Part shown: positions 19,111 through 28,693 of the stretch, one piece after another
Layout of the letters: the number at the start of each line of letters is the position of its first letter
Numbering within the stretch: position 1 is the first letter of the stretch
From: an uncultured Gammaproteobacteria bacterium
GTDB taxonomy: Bacteria > Patescibacteriota > Patescibacteriia > JACPL01 > CAZRYK01
NCBI GenBank assembly: GCA_964604315.1
Contig: CAZRYK010000002.1
Span: 267 to 64,266, forward strand
Reading direction: 5' to 3'
Length of the DNA: 64,000 nucleotides
Notes under the pieces: model-generated
Databases searched by the model: none
Told to the model about the DNA's origin: nothing
The model's input: the letters and a program-made list of their open reading frames with translations, nothing else
Made by a program: the position numbers and the translations under genes

Positions 19111-19455
19111 ATGCCCCACAACTTCTACGATCTTATTTACGAGAATATTAAGAGGATTCCACGAGGGAAGGTGGCGACGTACGGCCAAATTGCGGCGCTT
19201 TGCGGCAACCCCATGGGCGCGCGTTTGGTCGGTTGGGCGTTGAATGCTTTAAATAATGTGGGGCCGTCAACCACAGTTCCGTGGCAACGCGTTATTAATC
19301 GCGAGGGCCGAATTTCGATTGTGAATAAAAATGCAAGCAAAGATTTACAGGCAGATATCTTGCGCAACGAAGGCATAGACGTACAATTCCGTGATGGCAA
19401 TTATTGGGTTGATCTGTCGCGGTATTTGTGGCGTCCTTATAATGGCAAGAGCTAA
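19111..19455 (+). CDS. alkyltransferase-like (ATL) protein: MGMT-fold DNA-binding domain lacking the acceptor cysteine
   Basis: ATYGQIA...VPWQRVIN aligns to the O6-alkylguanine-DNA alkyltransferase PCHRV motif with Trp replacing Cys, the ATL hallmark. Single-domain, 114 aa. Confidence 0.65.
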   Translation: MPHNFYDLIYENIKRIPRGKVATYGQIAALCGNPMGARLVGWALNALNNVGPSTTVPWQRVINREGRISIVNKNASKDLQADILRNEGIDVQFRDGNYWVDLSRYLWRPYNGKS

Positions 19456-19461
19456 GCTCTT
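19441..19461 (+). terminator. hairpin GGCAAGAGC-TAA-GCTCTTGCC spanning the ATL stop codon
   Basis: Perfect 9-bp stem, read directly. Same family as the hairpins at 49484-49527 and 55318-55338. Confidence 0.5.
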
Positions 19462-19610
19462 GCCATAAGATTGATGCTTTCGCGCAATCGGAAAATACGC
19501 TATACTATATCTTATGGAGAAAAAGGAGGCAGTGTTACTTCCCCGCGACGTAATGTATAACAGTATGTTGTTTTCTTCATTTTAAAAAATTATTTTTTAA
19601 GCAAAACTTT

Positions 19611-22600
19611 ATGCGCAAGATCATTCAACGCGTAGCACAAAAAAGCCTGGCAGTATTTGGTCTTTTGGCCATGCTGTCGTGGCTGGTGCCTGCGTCTATT
19701 TGGGTTTCTCCGGCCTTTGCCGCCAACGTCACCGTTGCTCAAGGAACGGTGAAAGATAGTGCCGGTGCGGCTGTTGCCAATGTCCGGGTTGAGCTTCATA
19801 CCCCGGATGGTGTGTTTAACAAAGACACCACATCCAATAGCAGTGGCGCTTACTCATTCGTAGTCAGCGACACGGAGTTAACCAATAACATGAGCCTGGT
19901 CTTAGAGGTTCGGCCGCCAACCGGGTACAATTCGCCAACGAATAGCCCTACAAACTTTACGTATACCACGACCAGCTTTACAACGCAGACGGTAAACTTT
20001 GTCATGGTTTCAGCGCCTAAAACCATCACCGGGTTTGTGCGGTATGCCAATGGAACCGCAGCGCCATCCACCGACGTGATTGCCATTCCAGATACCCAGG
20101 GCCGCACACAAGCATCCACCACAACGCAAACCGATGGTTCGTATACAATGACAGTTGCGCCAGGAAAATGGATTGTGTCTGCGGACATTAACTTAAGTAA
20201 TCACGGCACAACGCATCTCATTGATGACACGGCGAAAGAAGTGACATTTAATGAGACAAGTTCATCAGAAACGCAGTCTGGCGTGAACTTTAATGCTATA
20301 GCAACAACCGCAACCATTAGCGCACGCTTTCTAGACGCGGATGGCGCCATTCTGACTGGCAACTCTTTCCGAGCGGACATCAGTATTCGTCGCGATGACG
20401 GCTTGGGCACAACGCGAAAAGTTAGCGAAACGAGCCGCCTAGTGAATATTGGCTTAACTCCTGGCGTGTATCGCATTAAGGGTCACCACCCGCAATTATC
20501 CGGTCAGTATTTTGATCCGGTGGCAACAACCGTTGTGGTCAAGGCCGGTGACACTCTTAATCTTGGTGACATTCAAGCATCGCGTTTCGGTTCAAGTATT
20601 GCGGGGACAGTCACGAATGTATGGAGTCAGAATAAAGTTGGAAGTCAAACCGTGACAGCAGAAAATATTGAAACGGGAGATCGCATCGAAGACGCAACAG
20701 ATTCTAATGGTGCGTTTTCCTTTAGCGTCGGCACGGGCACATGGGTGTTGGGTGTTCAGGTAGGCGCATCTAATGCACATCGTTTGCGAAACAATACAAC
20801 CGTTATTGTTCCCAATAATAGTACAACAATCACCGGTGTCCAGATTCTGGCTGAACCCATGAATCAAGTGATCTCCGGGACATTACAAGATACATCGGGC
20901 TCGGCAATAACAAACTTTATTGGAACGGTTTTTGCAGAAGACCCAGATACCAATCAAGTGTTTAGTGCACCGGTTGATAGCGACGGTACGTATAGTTTGC
21001 TTCTCCCGCAAAGCCTTGATGTAGAACCTGTTCAAGTGGGCGTCCGCGCAAATGCCGGAGAATCCTATGGTTTAACAAGTTTAGCTACGGTCATTGTGGA
21101 TGAATCGGTAACGAAGAATTTGACGCTCACCGCGGATTCCGCAACCATTTCGGGTGAATTAAAAAATGCCGCAGGAACGGTCATTACACCCGCAGAAAAC
21201 GACATTGTGGTAGTTGCAGTGAACTCTATGGGGGACATTGAAAAATCCGTTGTTGGAACAAATGGAACATATAGCTTAAGCGTGGTGCCGGGTGAATGGA
21301 GCGTAAGTTTTCAAGTGCAAGATGAAACCGCAGATTATGTGAATCCGGTGACGATTGGCGAGCAAGTTACCACAACAGCCAGCACAACAACAGATTTTGA
21401 CTTTACCGTGAAAGAAGAAAATGCGGTGGTTTCTGGAACGATCACGAATAATGCCGGAGCCGCAGTTGCTTTAGCCCCGGTGGTGATTACCAACAAGCCG
21501 CAATTAGAAGCCGAAGGAAACTTTAACCCGGAAGATATTGTGCATGTGGTCGCCACAGCGGATGCGAATGGAAATTACTCGGCCGATGTTCCGGCTGGTG
21601 ACTACACGGTGTATACTGGTATTACGCCCAATGTCAGTAGTTTAATTGAACCAGAGGCCAAGACCGTCACCGTTGCCGCATCCGGAACAGCCGATGCCGA
21701 TCTTGCTTTTACAGCGACAGATGCGACGCTTACCGGGACAGTGAAAGATGCCGATGGCGCAACCCTCACTTCGGGAATTGTGGCAGCGTTTACTGACTCG
21801 GGAAAATTTATTCAAGGAACAATTTCCTCTATAGGAATGTATTCGTTGGAGGTGGATAAAAGCGAAACATGGCAAGTGATGGCGACGTCCCTAGATGATG
21901 CCAATCTTCTAAAGAATTTGCCACTGGAAGTTGAGATTGTTACAAGCTCGAATACTCAAAATCTTACCCTGGTCGACAGCGGTATTAACGTGCCTGGCCC
22001 GGTAACGAAAACGTTTGACTCTGCCGCAACAGCAAGTATTACGCTCCCAGATGGCGGATCGGTTTTGCTACCGCCGTATGCTGTGGACACGGCCGGGGAT
22101 ATTACCGTCAGCGTGACCCCGAGCATTGAATTGAAACCTTCCATTTCTGGTGATCCGGTGTCGTTAACATATAATGTGAAAGCCGAAAACAGCGATGGTG
22201 TGGAAGTCAAAAAATTAAATTCCCCAGCCGCGATTACGGTTCCGTTTGACACAGCCGCTGTGGGCGATGATGGCGCCGCGTATGTGCAGTTCTTTGGAGA
22301 AAACAGCGACGTGTGGCAAGGCTCGGGTATGGCAGGCATTCTCAATGAAGATAATGGCACACTAACGGCCTATTCCAGTCACTTTACGCCGTTTGCTGTT
22401 AATGGTGTTGCGGGTACATCTACCACAACAACAGCGGTAATCGAAGAACACGTCGTAGTCACGCCGAATAATGACGGCGGCCCGCAAACGCGTGTCTTTG
22501 AAGAAGACGGCACTGTTGTGGCTAGCTGGTTCAGTTATGCCACGGATCTTCGTGGTCACTTTGAAGCTGTCTCGGCAGATATTGATGCCGACGGTGTAGA

Positions 22601-23564
22601 AGAATATGTGACGGTTCCGGGCGTGGGCTTTGGCGCGCAAGTTCGCGCGTTTGAAGAAAATGGGGCGTTAAAGAATCAATTCTTCGCCTATGACACGGGT
22701 TACCGCGGGGGATTAAAAATTGCGGCCGCAGACCTTGATGCGGACGGCGATGAAGATATTATTGTGGGTCCGGCCAAAGATGGCAGTGCAATGAATACTC
22801 GCGCTTATACGTGGAATACCACTACGGGACAATTTGATCTATTAGATTGGTTTTGGTTTGGGGGAACCGACAACACGGGCGTTGCGCACTTAACCACGGG
22901 CGATGTCGATGCCGATGGAACGCCGGAAATTATTGGTACCGATGGCGGAGCAGAGGTGTATGTGTATGACTACACCACTGCCGGAGGCTTTGCCAACTTC
23001 GGTGACAATGCGGCAACCGCAACAGAAAGTTTTGTGCCGTACGATGCCAATGCCAAAGCGCATGTGGCAACCGGCGATCTTGACGGTGATGGGGATGATG
23101 AAATTATCACAGCGGTTTTAGAAAAAGGCGGCCCGAATGTGCGCGCGTATCGCTGGAGCGGAACCAGTTTTGATCTTGTCGATTGGGTGATGACGCATCA
23201 AGAAGGATTCCACGGAGGGCTGAACCTTGCGGTTGGCGATGTCGATGGTGACGCCCGAGCCGAAGTGACGGTGGCGCCGCGTGGGGAGGGTGGCCCGAAT
23301 GTGCGTACCTATTATTTGAGCGCAACAACTGGGGAATTAACACTCAAAGATTGGCAGTTTGCCTTTCAAGAAGGCTATAAGGGTGGCGTAAACGTTGCCA
23401 TGCGTGATGTTGATGCGGACGGAGATAAAGAAGTGGTGTTGGTGCCAAGTGGCGGCACACCGAACACGCGCGTCTACAATTACGTCAACGGAACGCGAAC
23501 ATTCGTGGACTGGTGGTGGAGTTATACCCCGACCTTTGACGGCGGTGTCTACCTTGGTAACTAA
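19611..23564 (+). CDS. large secreted/cell-surface protein with CarboxypepD_reg-like beta-sandwich repeats and C-terminal FG-GAP/VCBS-like Dx[DN]xDG repeats
   Basis: 1317 aa, N-terminal signal peptide, repeated GTVxDxxGxAVAN-type modules, then repeated DIDADGVEE/DLDADGDED calcium-binding loops. Confidence 0.7.
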   Translation: MRKIIQRVAQKSLAVFGLLAMLSWLVPASIWVSPAFAANVTVAQGTVKDSAGAAVANVRVELHTPDGVFNKDTTSNSSGAYSFVVSDTELTNNMSLVLEVRPPTGYNSPTNSPTNFTYTTTSFTTQTVNFVMVSAPKTITGFVRYANGTAAPSTDVIAIPDTQGRTQASTTTQTDGSYTMTVAPGKWIVSADINLSNHGTTHLIDDTAKEVTFNETSSSETQSGVNFNAIATTATISARFLDADGAILTGNSFRADISIRRDDGLGTTRKVSETSRLVNIGLTPGVYRIKGHHPQLSGQYFDPVATTVVVKAGDTLNLGDIQASRFGSSIAGTVTNVWSQNKVGSQTVTAENIETGDRIEDATDSNGAFSFSVGTGTWVLGVQVGASNAHRLRNNTTVIVPNNSTTITGVQILAEPMNQVISGTLQDTSGSAITNFIGTVFAEDPDTNQVFSAPVDSDGTYSLLLPQSLDVEPVQVGVRANAGESYGLTSLATVIVDESVTKNLTLTADSATISGELKNAAGTVITPAENDIVVVAVNSMGDIEKSVVGTNGTYSLSVVPGEWSVSFQVQDETADYVNPVTIGEQVTTTASTTTDFDFTVKEENAVVSGTITNNAGAAVALAPVVITNKPQLEAEGNFNPEDIVHVVATADANGNYSADVPAGDYTVYTGITPNVSSLIEPEAKTVTVAASGTADADLAFTATDATLTGTVKDADGATLTSGIVAAFTDSGKFIQGTISSIGMYSLEVDKSETWQVMATSLDDANLLKNLPLEVEIVTSSNTQNLTLVDSGINVPGPVTKTFDSAATASITLPDGGSVLLPPYAVDTAGDITVSVTPSIELKPSISGDPVSLTYNVKAENSDGVEVKKLNSPAAITVPFDTAAVGDDGAAYVQFFGENSDVWQGSGMAGILNEDNGTLTAYSSHFTPFAVNGVAGTSTTTTAVIEEHVVVTPNNDGGPQTRVFEEDGTVVASWFSYATDLRGHFEAVSADIDADGVEEYVTVPGVGFGAQVRAFEENGALKNQFFAYDTGYRGGLKIAAADLDADGDEDIIVGPAKDGSAMNTRAYTWNTTTGQFDLLDWFWFGGTDNTGVAHLTTGDVDADGTPEIIGTDGGAEVYVYDYTTAGGFANFGDNAATATESFVPYDANAKAHVATGDLDGDGDDEIITAVLEKGGPNVRAYRWSGTSFDLVDWVMTHQEGFHGGLNLAVGDVDGDARAEVTVAPRGEGGPNVRTYYLSATTGELTLKDWQFAFQEGYKGGVNVAMRDVDADGDKEVVLVPSGGTPNTRVYNYVNGTRTFVDWWWSYTPTFDGGVYLGN

Positions 23565-23584
23565 TAATAAAGTAAACGAACAAA

Positions 23585-23612
23585 GGGATCCGACCTCTGG
23601 AGGTCGGATCCC
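23585..23612 (+). terminator. REP-family hairpin GGGATCCGACCTC...GAGGTCGGATCCC after the large surface-protein gene
   Basis: Perfect inverted repeat containing GGATCCGACC, 20 nt after the stop codon. Confidence 0.6.
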
Positions 23613-23656
23613 TTCGCGAGATGCGTTGGCGTCTCGTTTTGTGGTATAATTGATAC

Positions 23657-24211
23657 ATGAAAAAAGTTCCAGGAGGCAATGAACTTCTAAATGCCGAAAG
23701 ATTGTTGCAAGACGTGGGGTTAGGCCCGCGGCAGATTGTGGCAGATTTAGGTTGCGGCAGTGCCGGCTATTTTGTCTTGCAGGCCGCGCGGCTGGTGGGC
23801 GAAAAAGGTTTGGTCTATGCTGTAGATATTTTAAAGTCCGCTTTGCAAAGCGTGGAGTCCCGCGCCAAGGTTCAGGGGTTTAGCAATATTCAAACCATTT
23901 GGTCAGATTTAGAAGTGTACCGCGCAACCCAGATTCCGGACAAAACCTTAGACCATGCCTTACTTATTAATACGCTGTTTCAATCCAAAAAGCATGAAGA
24001 AATTGTGCGGGAGTCGCATCGTATGTTAAAAAGCGGCGGCAAACTGACCGTGGTGGATTGGGGCCATACCAAAACGCCGTTTGGGCCTTCCATGGGCGAT
24101 CGCGTGCCTGCGCCAAATATACGCGCCATGATGGAACGCCTAGGCATGCGCGATATTGAACCCATTACCGCCGGGCCGTTCCATTTTGGGTTGATGGCGA
24201 TCAAAGTTTAG
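23657..24211 (+). CDS. class I SAM-dependent methyltransferase
   Basis: Motif I VADLGCGSAGY, acidic motif II (YAVDI), and motif post-II. Confidence 0.7.
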   Translation: MKKVPGGNELLNAERLLQDVGLGPRQIVADLGCGSAGYFVLQAARLVGEKGLVYAVDILKSALQSVESRAKVQGFSNIQTIWSDLEVYRATQIPDKTLDHALLINTLFQSKKHEEIVRESHRMLKSGGKLTVVDWGHTKTPFGPSMGDRVPAPNIRAMMERLGMRDIEPITAGPFHFGLMAIKV

Positions 24212-24251
24212 AACATTTTAACAACTTCATGGGCGAATAACCTGTGATTTT

Positions 24252-24614
24252 ATGTATGACAAAAAATCCATTGGCCGCTTAGGCGAAGAATTGGCAGAAC
24301 GCTTTTTGCAACGCAAGGGCTACACGATTATAGAAAAAAACTTTCACACGCGGTTTGGAGAAATCGATATTGTGGCGCGCCAAAATTCTGCATTTATTTT
24401 TGTCGAGGTGAAAACGCGGACATCAACGTTCTTTGGTTCGCCGGAGGAATCCATTACGCCGTATAAACAAGAACGGTGGAAGAAAAGTGTCTGGGTCTAT
24501 TGCCAAACAAAAAACCTTCACCACAAACATTTGCAATTCGACGTGATTGCCATTTTACTCAACCGCGCAACCCGCACCGCCACTCTGCGACATTTTAAGA
24601 ATATTGAGATATGA
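24252..24614 (+). CDS. yraN: YraN-family (UPF0102) endonuclease
   Basis: GEELAERFLQRKGY...GEIDIVA...VEVKTR signature. The last 18 codons lie in a 52-bp sequence duplicated at 25830-25884. Confidence 0.8.
   Translation: MYDKKSIGRLGEELAERFLQRKGYTIIEKNFHTRFGEIDIVARQNSAFIFVEVKTRTSTFFGSPEESITPYKQERWKKSVWVYCQTKNLHHKHLQFDVIAILLNRATRTATLRHFKNIEI
24560..24614 (+). repeat. direct repeat copy 1 (AACCGCGCAACCCGCACCGCCACTCTGCGACATTTTAAGAATATTGAGATAT)
   Basis: 52-bp stretch identical to 25833-25884. A partial third copy (GACATTTTAAGAATATTGA) is at 30378-30396. Confidence 0.8.
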
Positions 24615-24701
24615 GAACCCTGCGTCTTTGTTTAGCATATTGACGTGTTCATCTAAATAGTATATAATTAGGGTAGTTAAATCACCTTATTAAATAAAAA
24701 T

Positions 24702-25826
24702 ATGGTTATTAAACGAGAAATTTACCCACGTATTCAAAAGGCGCTCTTTCGCAAGAAGGCCATTATCCTGTATGGAGCGCGGCAAGTCGGAAAAACCACA
24801 CTTCTTCGTGAAATAGAAAAACAGTACGGAGCGCGATCGCTTTACCTCAACTGCGATGAGCCGGATATTCGTTCACGACTCACCGAGAAAACATCGACCG
24901 AACTCAAAGCGTTTTTTGGCAAAGCTCGGCTCGTCTTAATTGATGAAGCGCAACGCGTGCGCGATATTGGCCTGACCATTAAACTGATTGTAGACACGCT
25001 TCCAGAGTATCAAATTGTTGCGAGCGGATCATCATCGTTTGAACTTTCCAATCGGGTGTCCGAGCCGCTTACGGGTCGTGCCTATGAGTTCCATTTGTAT
25101 CCTTTTTCGCTTTCCGAACTTCTCGCCGCTTCGAGTGATCTTGATGTTTTGCGTCTGCTCGAGCGGCGGATGATTGTTGGCATGTATCCCGAGATTGTTG
25201 TGAATGACCGGGCCGCTGAAAATCATCTTGCTTCCATCGCACAAAGTTATTTGTATAAGGATGTCCTTGAATATCACCAGATTAAAAAACCTGAAGCGTT
25301 GGAAAAATTATTGCAGGCGCTTGCGCTTCAAATCGGCTCAGAGGTTTCCTACTCCGAACTGGCAATGCTGGTTGGTGTGGAGAAACAAACCATTCAGCAG
25401 TACATTCATCTTCTTGAGCAAGCGTTTATTCTTTTTCGCCTCCCGCCATTCCGGCGTAATCTGCGAACCGAACTTCGAAAGTTACGAAAAATCTATTTTG
25501 TTGATGTTGGGGTGCGCAATGCGATTATCAAGAACATGAATCCGCTCAACATCAGGCAAGATGTTGGGGCGTTGTGGGAGAATTTCATTATGAGTGAACG
25601 CATGAAACGGAACGCAAATCGTGGCCGTTTTGTTAATGCGTACTTTTGGAGAACGCATGCGCAACAAGAGCTGGATTACCTTGAAGAAGAAGGCGGAGAA
25701 CTCCGCGCTTTCGAATTCAAATGGTCATCATCAAAGGTCCGAATTCCAAAAGCGTTTCGCGAGGCCTATCCGCAAAGCTCTGTTGACGTGGTCACAAAGG
25801 AGAATATTCTTGATTTTGTTCGTTAA
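24702..25826 (+). CDS. AAA+ ATPase (DUF4143-type C-terminal domain)
   Basis: Walker A GARQVGKTT, Walker B LVLIDEAQ, C-terminal region typical of the ATPase/DUF4143 family. The whole gene lies between 52-bp direct repeats. Confidence 0.75.
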   Translation: MVIKREIYPRIQKALFRKKAIILYGARQVGKTTLLREIEKQYGARSLYLNCDEPDIRSRLTEKTSTELKAFFGKARLVLIDEAQRVRDIGLTIKLIVDTLPEYQIVASGSSSFELSNRVSEPLTGRAYEFHLYPFSLSELLAASSDLDVLRLLERRMIVGMYPEIVVNDRAAENHLASIAQSYLYKDVLEYHQIKKPEALEKLLQALALQIGSEVSYSELAMLVGVEKQTIQQYIHLLEQAFILFRLPPFRRNLRTELRKLRKIYFVDVGVRNAIIKNMNPLNIRQDVGALWENFIMSERMKRNANRGRFVNAYFWRTHAQQELDYLEEEGGELRAFEFKWSSSKVRIPKAFREAYPQSSVDVVTKENILDFVR

Positions 25827-25829
25827 TCC

Positions 25830-25884
25830 CAACCGCGCAACCCGCACCGCCACTCTGCGACATTTTAAGAATATTGAGATATAA
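25830..25884 (+). repeat. direct repeat copy 2 (duplicate of the yraN 3' end)
   Basis: Identical 52 bp, including a pseudo C-terminal coding sequence ...NRATRTATLRHFKNIEI. Confidence 0.8.
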
Positions 25885-25889
25885 AGATT

Positions 25890-26627
25890 TCATGTCTTTT
25901 TCACTCCGTCCCATACCATTTCAAACACATAGCGGAACGTTTGGCTAAGGAGGTCACTCGTAATAACCGTTCCAAAAATCGGTTCTTTGAGCGTGATGAG
26001 CGCAATGTTGTTGTTCCAGACAAGAATATCTGTCGGAAAATCAGAATATTTTTCGGGGATAAGGCGAAAGTCATAAAGACCTTTCAGAATTTGTTGCGTT
26101 TGTTGTGTTCCCACTTGTTGCGATGGATTCGTAATCAAGTCTTGCAAAACCACATTCTTTTCTTTCATGGCCTTCTCCCATGCCAAAAAAAATTTAGGAT
26201 CGTTGTCTGTGAGATGTTTGGTGGACCCAAGTGCGAGAAGTTTTTCCGTGTTTGTGGCTTGCCAATAAATTTCCTTCACTTGTTCAAAACCGTCGTAAAA
26301 ACGAATTTTCGGTTTGTTTTTTTGTACAGTATAAAGCGCGCGCAAATCCGGCAGAATCCGCTCAACAGCTTCTTTCTTCTTTTGGACTGCGCGAAGTAGC
26401 GATTCAGGGTCGCTTGCAATATAGGCCTTGCGTTTGCCCTTTTCTTGTTCCTCAATTAGGCCGCCATTTTTCAGTGCATCGAGGATATTGTAGCAATTGG
26501 TGCGGGCAATACCAGTCCCGCGGGCAATTTGAGGGGGCGTGGAAAGCCCTTGTTCAAGAAGGTAAAGGTATACCTTAATCTCGGATTTGGTGAGGTTCAG
26601 TTCTTTTAATTGTTCCTCGATCGTCAT
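25890..26627 (-). CDS. TrmB-family transcriptional regulator (paralog 1)
   Basis: N-terminal wHTH (LTKSEIKVYLYLLEQGLSTPPQIARGTGIARTNCYNILDALKNGGLIEE) plus a C-terminal TrmB-like effector domain. Start at MTIEEQL. Confidence 0.75.
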   Translation of the reverse strand: MTIEEQLKELNLTKSEIKVYLYLLEQGLSTPPQIARGTGIARTNCYNILDALKNGGLIEEQEKGKRKAYIASDPESLLRAVQKKKEAVERILPDLRALYTVQKNKPKIRFYDGFEQVKEIYWQATNTEKLLALGSTKHLTDNDPKFFLAWEKAMKEKNVVLQDLITNPSQQVGTQQTQQILKGLYDFRLIPEKYSDFPTDILVWNNNIALITLKEPIFGTVITSDLLSQTFRYVFEMVWDGVKKT

Positions 26628-26926
26628 AAATAGTATGAATGTCAATTAGAAGTATATCATTAGATGACTAAGCAGTCAATAGATACTGCAAATAATATAG
26701 AAATATGATATATACACTATTGACTATTTGTCAAATGTATGGCATATTTTGCTACTCAAGATCGTGTGCTCGGCCGATGATGGACAACAAGCGCCCTTTG
26801 ACAACGTGGCAGAAGAGGAAGAGTACCGATTCAATCATCGGAAAGGCAATTTATTCAAACTGTTTGCGAACGCCTATTTTGGTTAGGCTTCGCTCTAATT
26901 ATCAAATTAATGATTAAGAAAAATCT

Positions 26927-27925
26927 ATGAATAAAAATTTGCTAATAGGAATTATCGTAGTTGTTATTGTGTTGAGTATTGGCGGGTATGCCATCTCGAG
27001 CAAAAAATTCAGCCAGCAAAGCGCAGAGCTTCCGAAAGTTACAATTGCAATGGTCACTTTCCCCGGGTATGCGCCGCTTTATGTGGCTAAAGAAAAGGGA
27101 TTTTTTGAGGGAGTTGACGTCGAACTTACAAGAATTGAATCCATAGGTGATATTCGTGCGGCAATGCGAAGTGGCGATGTCAATATGTACGCCGCGACTT
27201 ATGATATTTATCAATCCGTGAAAGATGTTGCGCCAAGTGGTGTTGGTTTCTTAGTGGTTGATGAATCACACGGCGCTGATGGTGTAGCGACCATGGCTGA
27301 CATAAACTCCATAAAGGATTTACGGGGAAAGAAAGTTGGCGCCGAGCCTGGATTTCCGCCTTATCTTGTTCTTCAATATTTGCTAGCTAAAGAAGGCATG
27401 ACGTTAGAGGATTTAGATTTTCAAGATATGCCGACAACCGATGCAGGTAACGCATTCGCCGCTGGGAAACTTGTTGCGGCTGGAATTTGGGAACCTACAT
27501 TATCGGCCAGCGTTAACGCGCGCCCAGGCTCTAAAGTTTTCGCGTCAAGTGCTGATATTCCGGGTTTAGTCCAAGATTTAATTTTCGCTAATGAAGATCT
27601 TGCGAAAGAACACCCAGAGGCGTTAGAGAAAGTGGCGCTAGGATATTTCAGGGCTCTCGACTATATCGATTCCAATCGCGATGACGCGTATCAAATAATG
27701 GCAAAAGCCTTTGGCGTTTCCGTTCAAGAAATGGAGGATTTCAAGACCGGAGTAAGCTGGATTAGCAAAGAAGAAAATAAGAAATTATTCGACAAGAGTA
27801 ATAATGTGAATGTCTATAAAACCTATGATCTTGTTTGTAGCATTCTCAAAAAGAACGGCGATACCAATATCTGCCTAAAAGCTGATGATAAACTTACTGA
27901 TGAAATCATTAAAAAATTCAAATAA
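26927..27925 (+). CDS. ABC transporter substrate-binding protein, NMT1/THI5-like (NitT/TauT SsuA/TauA/ThiY family)
   Basis: N-terminal lipo/TM anchor and a periplasmic binding fold with VTIAMVTFPGYAPLYVAKEKGFF typical of the family. Confidence 0.7.
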   Translation: MNKNLLIGIIVVVIVLSIGGYAISSKKFSQQSAELPKVTIAMVTFPGYAPLYVAKEKGFFEGVDVELTRIESIGDIRAAMRSGDVNMYAATYDIYQSVKDVAPSGVGFLVVDESHGADGVATMADINSIKDLRGKKVGAEPGFPPYLVLQYLLAKEGMTLEDLDFQDMPTTDAGNAFAAGKLVAAGIWEPTLSASVNARPGSKVFASSADIPGLVQDLIFANEDLAKEHPEALEKVALGYFRALDYIDSNRDDAYQIMAKAFGVSVQEMEDFKTGVSWISKEENKKLFDKSNNVNVYKTYDLVCSILKKNGDTNICLKADDKLTDEIIKKFK

Positions 27926-28691
27926 TGTGGCAGTTCACCCAACAAAAACAGCACGGGCTTACTGGCCAGTGATAGTATCAGTGTTGTTTTTGTTGGGTTT
28001 ATGGTATTTCGTCACCGAGCACACCAGCTTGATCAATCCGCTATTTTTACCGTCGCCGATCAAGATTATTGCTTCTGCAATTTCATTAGCTACGGGTAGC
28101 TTAGCGATTGATATTTTTGCTACCGTGGCTCGTGTAATGATGGCTTTTTTTTTTTTTTTCATTGCGGATTTAGCGCTAGACTTCTTATTGACTGAGTCGA
28201 AATTTTTTACGAAGTTTCTCACCCCATATATAGATTTTGTTAGATATATTCCCGTTCCAGTTTTAATACCTCTTACCATTCTTTTTTTTGGAATCGGAGA
28301 GGAAACAAAAATCGCATTGCTTTTTATTGGGACATTTTTTCAAATAGTCCTTTTGTTTGATAGCAATTTAATGAATGTGCCAAAGGATTATTTTGATTTG
28401 GCGTATTCGCTTAATTTTACGACATTCCAACGGTTAAAAATGAAACTACAAGCCGCACTTCCTGAAATGTACGACAATATGCGGATTTCTTTGGGGCTTA
28501 GCTGGTCATATGTGATTATCGTAGAATTAGTGGCCGCTCAAACAGGTATTGGCCATATGATTAAAGAAGCCCAAAGATTCTCTCTTACTTCAAATGTTTA
28601 CGTTGGAATATTGTTGATGGGTATAATCGGGTTTATTTCCGATTATTCTTTTAGGAAAAGCTATATGAAGTTTTTCCCTTACAAAAAATAA
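27885..28691 (+). CDS. ABC transporter permease (NitT/TauT family). The start is uncertain; GTG at 27927 would avoid a 41-nt overlap.
   Basis: Six-TM permease with an EAA-like loop. It contains a T15 homopolymer at 28145-28159 that encodes FFFFF. Confidence 0.7.
   Translation: MINLLMKSLKNSNNVAVHPTKTARAYWPVIVSVLFLLGLWYFVTEHTSLINPLFLPSPIKIIASAISLATGSLAIDIFATVARVMMAFFFFFIADLALDFLLTESKFFTKFLTPYIDFVRYIPVPVLIPLTILFFGIGEETKIALLFIGTFFQIVLLFDSNLMNVPKDYFDLAYSLNFTTFQRLKMKLQAALPEMYDNMRISLGLSWSYVIIVELVAAQTGIGHMIKEAQRFSLTSNVYVGILLMGIIGFISDYSFRKSYMKFFPYKK
28145..28159 (+). repeat. 15-nt poly(T) homopolymer inside the permease coding sequence
   Basis: Counted directly: ggcTTTTTTTTTTTTTTTcattgcg. It is the longest homopolymer seen in the window. 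Confidence 0.9.
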
Positions 28692-28693
28692 TT

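Noticed and set aside
27885-27926. ATG start at 27885 for the permease, overlapping the SBP gene by 41 nt
   Set aside because: Such a long overlap is atypical and a GTG at 27927 directly follows the SBP stop. The true start is uncertain, so track coordinates were kept and the uncertainty flagged rather than asserting either start.
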